DNA of 64,000 bases from Candidatus Bathyarchaeia archaeon (GTDB taxonomy: Archaea > Thermoproteota > Bathyarchaeia > Bathyarchaeales > Bathycorpusculaceae), in contig JBEKOM010000001.1 of NCBI GenBank assembly GCA_049521795.1, positions 256,001-320,000 of the forward strand. Direction: 5' to 3'. The number at the start of each line of letters is the position of its first letter. The stretch's first letter is position 1. This document shows positions 56,651-64,000 of this stretch, piece by piece. The notes beneath the pieces are model-generated. The model did not search any database and had not been told where the DNA came from. It saw only the letters and a list, made by a program, of their open reading frames with translations. A program made the translations under genes and the position numbers.

Positions 56651-57901
56651 ATGAGTAATGCTGATATTCTTGATGAACTCTTCGAGAACTTCGCGAGCAA
56701 CACCACAGTTTTTAGGGATCGAGAGGTACTGCGACATGATTATCTTCCAGACAGGCTGCCTCATCGTGAAGGGCAGATCAGGCAGTTGGGGGAAATTGTT
56801 GCTCCCTTGCTTAAAGGTGCAAGAAGCTCCAACATTTTTATCTATGGCAATACAGGAACCGGGAAAACCGCTGTGGTCAAGTATGTACTAACTCGTCTTG
56901 AGTTTAAGGCTAAAGAATTCAACGCACCTGTTAAGATATGCTACGTCAACTGTAGGCTAGCCGGATCCGAGTACAGGGTCTTCGCAAGTATGTGCCAGAG
57001 TTTAGGTGTTCAGGTTCCATTCACAGGGTTATCCGTCGGTGAAGTCTATGATAGGTTCACTGCAGGTTTGGACCTTTCGGGCACGATTTTCTTGGTGGTC
57101 TTGGATGAAGCCGATGCGTTGACAAAGATGCGCGGGGACACTTTTCTGTATGAGTTGACTAGAATGAACGAGGTTTTGAGGCACAGCAAAATAGCCCTTG
57201 TTGGGATATCTAACGATCTGCGCTTCAAAGAGTTTCTGGATCCTCGTGTCCTAAGCTCACTGAGCGAGGAGGAGATTGTTTTCAGGCCCTACGATGCAGG
57301 TGAGTTGAGAAACATACTCGCTGAACGGGCCCAGGCAGCCTTCACTGAGAAATCATTGTCCGATGCCGCGCTTGGCCTTTGTGCTGCTCTTGCTGCAGCA
57401 GAGCATGGGGATGCGCGTCGAGCTTTGGACCTTTTGCGTGTTGCCGGCGAGGTAGCTGAACGAAAAGGGTTAACCGTGGTGTCTGAAGAGCATGTTCGCG
57501 AGGCTGAGAAGCATATTGAGCACAACCGTGTTGTTGAAGCTTTGAGCAACCTGCCGTTGCACTCGAAGCTTGTGACATTGAGCATCTATCACTTGGGCAA
57601 AAGAGACGCTCGGGGCGCCATTACGGGTGAGATCTCTGAGGTCTACGAGGAGCTGAGCGGGGAGTTGGGAGTTGCGCCGCTGACTCAGCGGCGTCTGAGC
57701 ACGTTGATAAATGAACTGGACGCGATGGGACTGTTGAACGCTAGGGTCGTTAGCATGGGAAGGTACGGGCGAACGAAGAAGATACGGCTTGAGATCGGGC
57801 GCAGCCTTATTCGAGACGTGTTTGCTGAGGATAGTAGGCTTAGCCGCCTAGTTAATTACGAAGTGCAGTGCATTTCGAAGCGCGCTGATGGCAGAAACTA
57901 A
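56651..57901 (+). CDS. cdc6: Orc1/Cdc6 replication initiator
   Basis: LPHRE, YGNTGTGKT, VLDEAD, LDPRVLSSL, GDARRALDLLR, GRYGRT. Confidence 0.96.
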   Translation: MSNADILDELFENFASNTTVFRDREVLRHDYLPDRLPHREGQIRQLGEIVAPLLKGARSSNIFIYGNTGTGKTAVVKYVLTRLEFKAKEFNAPVKICYVNCRLAGSEYRVFASMCQSLGVQVPFTGLSVGEVYDRFTAGLDLSGTIFLVVLDEADALTKMRGDTFLYELTRMNEVLRHSKIALVGISNDLRFKEFLDPRVLSSLSEEEIVFRPYDAGELRNILAERAQAAFTEKSLSDAALGLCAALAAAEHGDARRALDLLRVAGEVAERKGLTVVSEEHVREAEKHIEHNRVVEALSNLPLHSKLVTLSIYHLGKRDARGAITGEISEVYEELSGELGVAPLTQRRLSTLINELDAMGLLNARVVSMGRYGRTKKIRLEIGRSLIRDVFAEDSRLSRLVNYEVQCISKRADGRN

Positions 57902-57954
57902 GGCTTAATGCCCGCCTCATGCTTCCCGGTGCTAGCGGCCATCTGCCTATGTTT

Positions 57955-59520
57955 TCAGTCGAACGGAATGACGGTGACCTCTAGGGTCTGAAGATTAACC
58001 ACTGGAACCATCGCGGGTGTCGGAACAAAGCCGTTCCTGCGCATGTAATCGGTCTGCCTTTGCCAGCAGCCTGAGTTTACGATCAACACTCCACGATAGT
58101 TACCGTATTCTAGTGCGTGCACGTGGCCAGCATGGAAGATGTCTGGGACGTGGTCGATAACGAGGAAGTCTTTGCTCTCCGGCGACAGAGGTGTCTTGCC
58201 GCCATAAAGTGGTGCTAGGTGTCGGGTCTGAAGCAGCAGTTGCATTGCTTTTTCGGGGTGGCTGTGGCTCATGCCTGGGACGGTGGAGATTATGTCGTCG
58301 AGGCTGCGGCCGTGGAACATGAGCACTTCTACTCCGTGGAGGCTTAGTGTGCACGGGCTGCCTAGAGATTGGACCCTTCTCGATTCTTGAAGCGTCTCTA
58401 GGAAGGAGTGGGAGATTGCTGGCTGCGGTAGCGCTTTTCGAGGAGCATCGTGGTTTCCTGGCGTGATTATGACTTCCACGTAGTCGGGGATTTGCTCTAT
58501 GTACTTTGAGGCAAACTTGTACTGTTTGTTCACGTCTCTTATTGCGAGTTCTTTTGCTTGGTTGGGGTAGACGCCGATTCCGTCGACGATGTCCCCTGCG
58601 ATTAGCACGTATTTGACGTGGCCTGCTATGTCCTTCAATCTGGCGTCGCCGTATTTTCCGTTCAGCCAGAGCATGAAGCGGTTTAACGCTTCTTTCGTGA
58701 ACTGTCTGCTGCCAACGTGCATGTCTGATGTGAGCACTGCGTAGACTGGCGCTGTTGCTTTGTGCTGAATTCTCTGGGCAACGTCTGGCAGGATTATGTC
58801 TTCGGCGACGAGCAGGCTGCTTCTGGTCTTGACGACGGTGAGGCAGATGACTTGGTCGAGCAGGAGCATTCGCGCCTTTTTCTGCAGGTCTGGGTGAGCG
58901 TTCTGTGTTACGAGAACGATGGCGCTTGCCTTGAGGTCCTCAACGGTTAGCACCGTTTTCTGTTTGGACTCTCTCTTCTCTGTGACCATGGCTATTATCT
59001 TGAGTCGCGTGTTTGATGGGGCCTTCACTGCGTCCATGACCGAGGCTGCGCTCTTGACGTCCATCCTTTGTCTCAGCAGCTTCTCTAGCTGTTTGAACCT
59101 ATCTTGAAAGTAGCCCAGGTAATCTTCGATCGTCCCGGCTGAGCTTATTTTTGAGCCTGGGTCTTCCATCACTTTCATTTCGGCTTCAACACCTTTCGAG
59201 TATGGGCGGAAGGGCACTTTGGCTTCAGTTAACTGCGGAACCTGAACCTCCATAGTTTGTGGGAGATGTTCTTCTGATGGTTGGGCGACGTTTCCCTCTG
59301 CTCCTTCCGGCGGTTTGAGTAACTCTTCCAAGAAGCACCGCTCTATGAAGAAGGGTTTCTCCTCAAGGTTTTCGATCTGCTGGATTGCTTTGGCCATGAT
59401 TTTCGCTGGGTCCTCGGTTGTGGCTACTAAGCTTAGGAATTCGAAGGCTTCTTTGTTCAGCTGGTAACCTGCAGCGATAGTGAGTTCTACGGCTCTCTGG
59501 AGTTTTTCCGCCTCGCTCAT
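57955..59520 (-). CDS. polB: DNA polymerase D small subunit DP1
   Basis: SDMHVGS, GDIVDGIGVYPNQ, PGNHD, HGRS, RHLAP, GHVH, NSGCWQ. Confidence 0.95.
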   Translation of the reverse strand: MSEAEKLQRAVELTIAAGYQLNKEAFEFLSLVATTEDPAKIMAKAIQQIENLEEKPFFIERCFLEELLKPPEGAEGNVAQPSEEHLPQTMEVQVPQLTEAKVPFRPYSKGVEAEMKVMEDPGSKISSAGTIEDYLGYFQDRFKQLEKLLRQRMDVKSAASVMDAVKAPSNTRLKIIAMVTEKRESKQKTVLTVEDLKASAIVLVTQNAHPDLQKKARMLLLDQVICLTVVKTRSSLLVAEDIILPDVAQRIQHKATAPVYAVLTSDMHVGSRQFTKEALNRFMLWLNGKYGDARLKDIAGHVKYVLIAGDIVDGIGVYPNQAKELAIRDVNKQYKFASKYIEQIPDYVEVIITPGNHDAPRKALPQPAISHSFLETLQESRRVQSLGSPCTLSLHGVEVLMFHGRSLDDIISTVPGMSHSHPEKAMQLLLQTRHLAPLYGGKTPLSPESKDFLVIDHVPDIFHAGHVHALEYGNYRGVLIVNSGCWQRQTDYMRRNGFVPTPAMVPVVNLQTLEVTVIPFD

Positions 59521-59677
59521 GGCCTGCAGGTTCTCCCTCCTCGTATCCTTCCATTATCAAATCTGTTCGGTGAAGCTGTGTGGATCACTTGCTGCTTGTA
59601 TTTCCCGTTTCCGCTATTAACGCGTTTGGTCCTGAACAACATTGCACTGCTCGCGCTCTCGCTTCGCACTGCGATGG

Positions 59678-59797
59678 ATACGCTACATCCCTGTATTCGC
59701 GTTTTTCCCCTTCTATTCCACCCTCCCCCCTAGGGTGTTAGTACTGCACGTAGGCGTTGCGAAGGGCCCTAGCAGACTTGTACGGGCTTGAAGCCGA
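59678..59797 (-). repeat. Dispersed non-coding repeat, copy B (inverted relative to 13950..14073)
   Basis: Reverse complement matches copy A at about 86% with an identical 27-nt 3' core. Confidence 0.9.
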
Positions 59798-60048
59798 CCG
59801 CGCGCAGAACGCTCGGCCGAGGGTCTGGCAAGGGTACTAACTTTTCAATACACTTCACCCTCTGCCTTTTTCCAGCTTTATCTGCCCAGCTCAGAGCTTG
59901 CCTAAACGCCTGCCCCTCGCCTCTCTAGGCCGTAGCACGAGAAGTTCCCAGACCCGACATTGTCGCCGTTTGGCCTGACGCGGACGGATGTCCTCGTGAA
60001 GGGTTCTTTCAGATCTTTTAATATTCTCCTATCGAGTATCGTGTCGTA

Positions 60049-61047
60049 ATGGGGTTGGAACAGATGAGTGATTTGCGCAGGGTTCAACGAACGCCCGGGG
60101 GCACCTTCTTCGTTTGTTTGCCTAAGGCTTGGGCTGAACGAAACGGTTTGCAGCGTGGAGCGATTGTGGGCATCAGTGAGGCTCCAGACGGCAAGCTTAT
60201 CGTCGACGCGAGGTACGGTGCGGAGCCCTCGCCCAGAACTGCGATTTTGGAGCCTGGGCCTCACTTGGGCCGTGAAATCATAGGTAAATACCTTCTTGGC
60301 TTTGACGTTGTGCGGGTTGAGGGGAGGGAACGCATAGGCTTTGAGGTTCGGGAGGCTGTGAAAAGCACTGTTAGCCACTTGGTTGGTTTGGAGATTGTTG
60401 AAGAAGATCATTCTGGGATTGTTCTGCAGTGTTTGTTGGAGCCCTCCGGTTTCCCTCCTGAAAAGATTCTGCGGCGGGCGTACGCAATAGCCGCGGGGAT
60501 GCACCATGACGTGGTCAACGCCTTCGTTGACGGAGACGCGCAATTGGCGAAGAGTGTTATGGCCCGCGACGATGAGGGAAACAGACTGTACTTCCTTCTT
60601 GTCCGCATTTTGCGCACGATAATTCAGAACCCGAGCCTGAGTGAGAAGCTGGGTGTGGGCCCCATTGAGTGCCTCGACTACCGCTTGGCCGCCAGCCTGG
60701 TTGAAGCCATCGGAGACGAGTGCGTTCGAGCGGCGCAGAAGACCGTTGAGCTAGAAGGTCTAAAACTCGGTAGAAACCTCGGAAAATTGTTCATGGGCCT
60801 TCAGGCGGTTTGCTTCGAGGCTCATGAAGAAGCCTTGAACGCTTTTCTCGCTGGCAACATGAACTTGGCCGAAAAGGTGCGTAGCACGCGGGACAAGGTT
60901 GAGAAGGAGTTCGCAAACATCGAGGAGCTGGCTCAGGCACAGTCGCTTGACGTTGTGCCTCAGATCCTCGCGGTGGCTTCTTTTTTGAGGCAGATATACG
61001 AACACAGCGTCGATATATCTGACTTAGCGGTTCCCAAGAAACCTTGA
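60049..61047 (+). CDS. phoU: Phosphate uptake regulator PhoU with N-terminal AbrB-like domain
   Basis: RRVQRTPGGTFFVCLPKAWA, YLLGFD, GLEIVEE, RDDE..RLYFL, two PhoU repeats. Confidence 0.88.
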   Translation: MGLEQMSDLRRVQRTPGGTFFVCLPKAWAERNGLQRGAIVGISEAPDGKLIVDARYGAEPSPRTAILEPGPHLGREIIGKYLLGFDVVRVEGRERIGFEVREAVKSTVSHLVGLEIVEEDHSGIVLQCLLEPSGFPPEKILRRAYAIAAGMHHDVVNAFVDGDAQLAKSVMARDDEGNRLYFLLVRILRTIIQNPSLSEKLGVGPIECLDYRLAASLVEAIGDECVRAAQKTVELEGLKLGRNLGKLFMGLQAVCFEAHEEALNAFLAGNMNLAEKVRSTRDKVEKEFANIEELAQAQSLDVVPQILAVASFLRQIYEHSVDISDLAVPKKP

Positions 61048-61061
61048 TGATGTTGCTCCCT

Positions 61062-62285
61062 TCAAGGGGGAAGCGATTCTACTCTCTGCGGTGCTTTGGC
61101 CAGAGAAACATGTTCACCCTGCCTCAACTCGATGATGTACTGCACTTCTCCTCTTATGTTACAGTAAGATTCCACCGTGATGTTCTCACCGTAAACGTTC
61201 TCTGCGCTCGCCCCAGTTCTCAGCAGAACGTGTTTTCCGTGGAGGTCTTCTACTTCAGCACCTTTGCCGACGACGATTTCATCTGCCCTTATAGGCCCAT
61301 GAACCTTGCCTCTGCTTCCTATCTCAACAGAGCGTGCTGCAACACCTTCACCAGTGTTTATCGAACCTCCGACTTCCACATCTTCGGTGGCTGTAGCCTT
61401 CCGCGCACGCAAGGCCCCACCAACTTCAATGCTTCTTGTACTGACCTCTCCACTTACGTCTACTCTTCCCCCGACCTCTAATGATTCGGAAAGCTTGAGA
61501 GATCCATCGATGTCCACTGTGCCCCCGACCTCCATTCCTGTGCCTTGGGCCAGGCCCTTGATCTCTATTGTACCGCCAACCTCAACCCCTTCGAACTCCA
61601 GATCACCTTCAACTCTCAGCGTTCCCCCGACCTCAATGTGCCCGCCCTTGCTCTTGCCGGCGAGATGCACTGTGCCGCCTACGTCTACGTCTTCGAATTC
61701 CAAGGAGGCCGTTGACTTGAAGGTACCGCCAACGTCTATCTGAAGAATTCTTCCGCCTGCAACTGTTGCCGCTCCTCCAACATCTAGACTCTCTATGTTG
61801 ACTTTAGATTCGATTAGGAGGCTTCCTCCGACTTCCACATTGCGTGCAGTGACCTCGCCTTTTGCTGCGAGAGTCCCGCCGACTTCTATGGCCTTGGCTT
61901 TAGTATTTCCTCCAACCTCCAGGCTTCCTCCCACATCCACCTCTTCTACCATGAAATCCTTGCTTACGTATACCGCGTGGTCTACATCAACATTCTTTGC
62001 GGTCATCTTCCCGTAGACTGCGAGGCGACCGTCCTCAACTTCAACGTCTTTGTCTATCTCCAAGTCACCCTGAACCGTCACGGAATCCTCAGCTTCAAGC
62101 TCTTGGGCGGACAAACTGCAATCAAAGGTGTTATGGCCTTCACAGTAGACTGTTCCATAGACCTTGACTCTCGGCGGGCTTCCTGCACCCTTGACAGTCA
62201 CGTGCTCGCCAATTTCTAGATCGCCATTTACAATATCCAGTGTCACCGTCGTACCTGATGGAATAGAAACTCTGCCACTGTTCAT
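61062..62285 (-). CDS. Long beta-helical repeat protein (bactofilin/polymer-forming cytoskeletal-like)
   Basis: 13 (D/E)VGG motifs at about 17-aa spacing; acidic; no signal peptide; ends IRGEVQY. Confidence 0.7.
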   Translation of the reverse strand: MNSGRVSIPSGTTVTLDIVNGDLEIGEHVTVKGAGSPPRVKVYGTVYCEGHNTFDCSLSAQELEAEDSVTVQGDLEIDKDVEVEDGRLAVYGKMTAKNVDVDHAVYVSKDFMVEEVDVGGSLEVGGNTKAKAIEVGGTLAAKGEVTARNVEVGGSLLIESKVNIESLDVGGAATVAGGRILQIDVGGTFKSTASLEFEDVDVGGTVHLAGKSKGGHIEVGGTLRVEGDLEFEGVEVGGTIEIKGLAQGTGMEVGGTVDIDGSLKLSESLEVGGRVDVSGEVSTRSIEVGGALRARKATATEDVEVGGSINTGEGVAARSVEIGSRGKVHGPIRADEIVVGKGAEVEDLHGKHVLLRTGASAENVYGENITVESYCNIRGEVQYIIELRQGEHVSLAKAPQRVESLPP

Positions 62286-62358
62286 TTTACTGCGCCTACT
62301 TGTTTACATTCCAGCCTCGCTTTAAAAGGGGTACTCACATGTGGTGACTGAGACTTGT

Positions 62359-62583
62359 TCACTGAAGTACTTGGGCCCTTCTGAGGAAGAAGACTTCCAT
62401 TGCACTTGCGATGTAGACAGTCGTGCCAGGATAGCCTCTTTCTTCCATTGTGGCACTTGCAGATACTGTAGAGATTGGCTTTGGTTTTCTCGGTGCACTA
62501 GTGCTCTTCAAGATATCGAGCTTATGGAGCTTCTCCAATTCCTTCTTCTTCCAATCCGACTCACCCTTTGTTTGAACTTTCAT
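62359..62583 (-). CDS. Small hypothetical protein (74 aa)
   Basis: ATG preceded by GAGGTG RBS; co-oriented with both neighbours; no family recognised. Confidence 0.45.
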   Translation of the reverse strand: MKVQTKGESDWKKKELEKLHKLDILKSTSAPRKPKPISTVSASATMEERGYPGTTVYIASAMEVFFLRRAQVLQ

Positions 62584-62687
62584 TCTTACCACCTCGTTTT
62601 CAGATGAGAAGGAGTGAGTCGTTTGACACCTTAAAAGGCGACGCACCTAAAGAGAACACGCTTTGTAGTCACAAGTTGTAGGGCTGC

Positions 62688-62963
62688 CTACTGTTCCAGC
62701 GCAGCGAAGAATTTGCGCATGCGCTTGTACGTCTCCAGATATTCCAACCCCCACTTCGTCGCCCGGTACTTCTTCGAATCCTCTAGGTTAACTTCACTGA
62801 TGAAACCGTGAGCGACCAGAAAGTTGAGCTCCTTCTTAGCTCGGTCAACAGGCATGTTGGCTCCATAGGAGACCCGTGTCAGCGAGCACAACCCCTTCCG
62901 AGCAACCGTCTCTATGATGTCTGCGTAGATGTCGTATTTTGTCCTTCTGCGTTCGTCAGACAA
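62688..62963 (-). CDS. Archaeal winged-helix protein (HTH_45-like)
   Basis: RRTKYDIYADII, TRVSYGANM, YRATKWGLEYL. Confidence 0.8.
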   Translation of the reverse strand: MSDERRRTKYDIYADIIETVARKGLCSLTRVSYGANMPVDRAKKELNFLVAHGFISEVNLEDSKKYRATKWGLEYLETYKRMRKFFAALEQ

Positions 62964-63030
62964 GCGGCAGTTTCTCCGAACCCACTGTTATTAAGTCTCA
63001 AACGCTTAATCTTAGTTTTGGTGAGAGACC

Positions 63031-63849
63031 GTGCACCCAAAAGCTTCCAACATCGAGCAATATCATCTAGTGTGCAAGGACGGCGACTTGGCTGAGTACC
63101 TACTCGTACCCGGCGATCCTGACCGTGTTCCAAAGATTGCCAAGTTTTGGGATTCAGCAAGAGAAATCGCGACCCACCGCGAGTTCAGGAGCTTTACGGG
63201 CAAGTACAAAGGCGTACCAATTTCCGCCTTGTCAAGCGGCATAGGCCCAGCCTCCATGGCCATCGCGGTCAACGAGTCTTCCAACGTCGGCGTAAAAACC
63301 TTCATCCGAGTCGGCAGCACTGGGGCCATACAAAAGGACATCAACTGCGGTGATGTAATAATCTGCTCCTCCGCCGTACGCCTCGACTGCACGAGCAACT
63401 GTTACATCATCCCTGAGTATCCTGCAGTGGCAAGCTATGAAGTCTTGCTCGCCCTGATTGAAGCTGCTGAAACACTAGGCATAGGCAACTACCACGTTGG
63501 CATGACAGCTACAACCGCCGACTTTTACGCTGGACAAAGACGCAAAACACCCGTAACATTCTCCTCAGGTACAGAAAACCTGCTTCCCACGCTCCAGAAG
63601 GCCGGAGTGCTGAACTTTGAGATGGAAACAGCGACGCTGTACGTTTTGGCAAGTCTTTTCGGGTTGAGAGCAGCCTCCGTGTGCGCGGTCTACGGCAATC
63701 GCCTTACAGGCGAGTTTATCAGTGGGGCAGGAGAGGAGAACGCCATCAAAATCGCAAACGAAGCAGTCAAAATCCTAAGCGAGTGGGACGCTATCAAAAG
63801 AAGGAAGAAAAGAAGATGGCTGTTTCCATCGCTCGCGTGCTCAAGGTGA
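63031..63849 (+). CDS. udp: Uridine phosphorylase-like nucleoside phosphorylase
   Basis: LVPGDPDRV, HREF, GIGPAS, IRVGSTG, FYAGQ, NFEME. Confidence 0.88.
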   Translation: MHPKASNIEQYHLVCKDGDLAEYLLVPGDPDRVPKIAKFWDSAREIATHREFRSFTGKYKGVPISALSSGIGPASMAIAVNESSNVGVKTFIRVGSTGAIQKDINCGDVIICSSAVRLDCTSNCYIIPEYPAVASYEVLLALIEAAETLGIGNYHVGMTATTADFYAGQRRKTPVTFSSGTENLLPTLQKAGVLNFEMETATLYVLASLFGLRAASVCAVYGNRLTGEFISGAGEENAIKIANEAVKILSEWDAIKRRKKRRWLFPSLACSR

Positions 63850-63935
63850 CTGCAGGGTAATGAATAGAACATGGGCCTTGTTTCGCTCCCTAACGGGATA
63901 AAGCTAAAAGGCGCAGTTCAGAAGTTCTAAACAGT

Positions 63936-64000
63936 GCCGGGGTGGCGGAGCGGTTATCGCGCTGGCCTCGAGATCATTCGCGAAGAAAAAGGGCCCAGAT
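63936..64000 (+). tRNA. tRNA-Ser(CGA), 5' part, probably intron-containing (truncated by window end)
   Basis: GCCGGGG acceptor, TGGCGGAGCGG D-arm, CTGGC-CT-CGA-G; expected GCCAG 3' stem is replaced by unrelated sequence, as for a 37/38 intron. Confidence 0.8.

Noticed and set aside
59902-60543. 213-aa minus-strand ORF and other long antisense ORFs (e.g. 42402..43004, 44256..44879)
   Set aside because: Shadows of well-supported genes in other frames or strands

Overview
64-kb archaeal chromosomal window, inferred to be from a TACK lineage, most likely Bathyarchaeia: it combines PolD (DP1+DP2), Elf1, a short EndA, DUF2070, Acs/SatP and a PFOR operon. It is mostly housekeeping: aminoacyl-tRNA synthetases, the SRP54-pus10-rpl21e-rpoF-DUF655-rsmA-HemK2 operon, ether-lipid enzymes, NAD metabolism and glyA. 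It also contains a replication origin (ORB boxes and an AT-rich unwinding region next to cdc6). There is no CRISPR array, rRNA, integrase or transposase. The most unusual signals are: (1) three uncharacterised DNA-binding-type genes directly beside oriC, one of them a membrane anchor + coiled coil + winged helix protein, surrounded by dense TCAC/GTGA box arrays and a 21-bp palindrome, a candidate origin-tethering/segregation system; (2) a ~120-bp non-coding element present twice, 46 kb apart and inverted, with an invariant GNRA-capped hairpin; (3) an orphan tRNA 3'-end fragment beside a RelE/RHH toxin-antitoxin pair; (4) short tandem arrays; (5) enzymes with altered catalytic motifs (Ino1-like, RsmA). 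All calls come from reading motifs by eye; no database searches were run.
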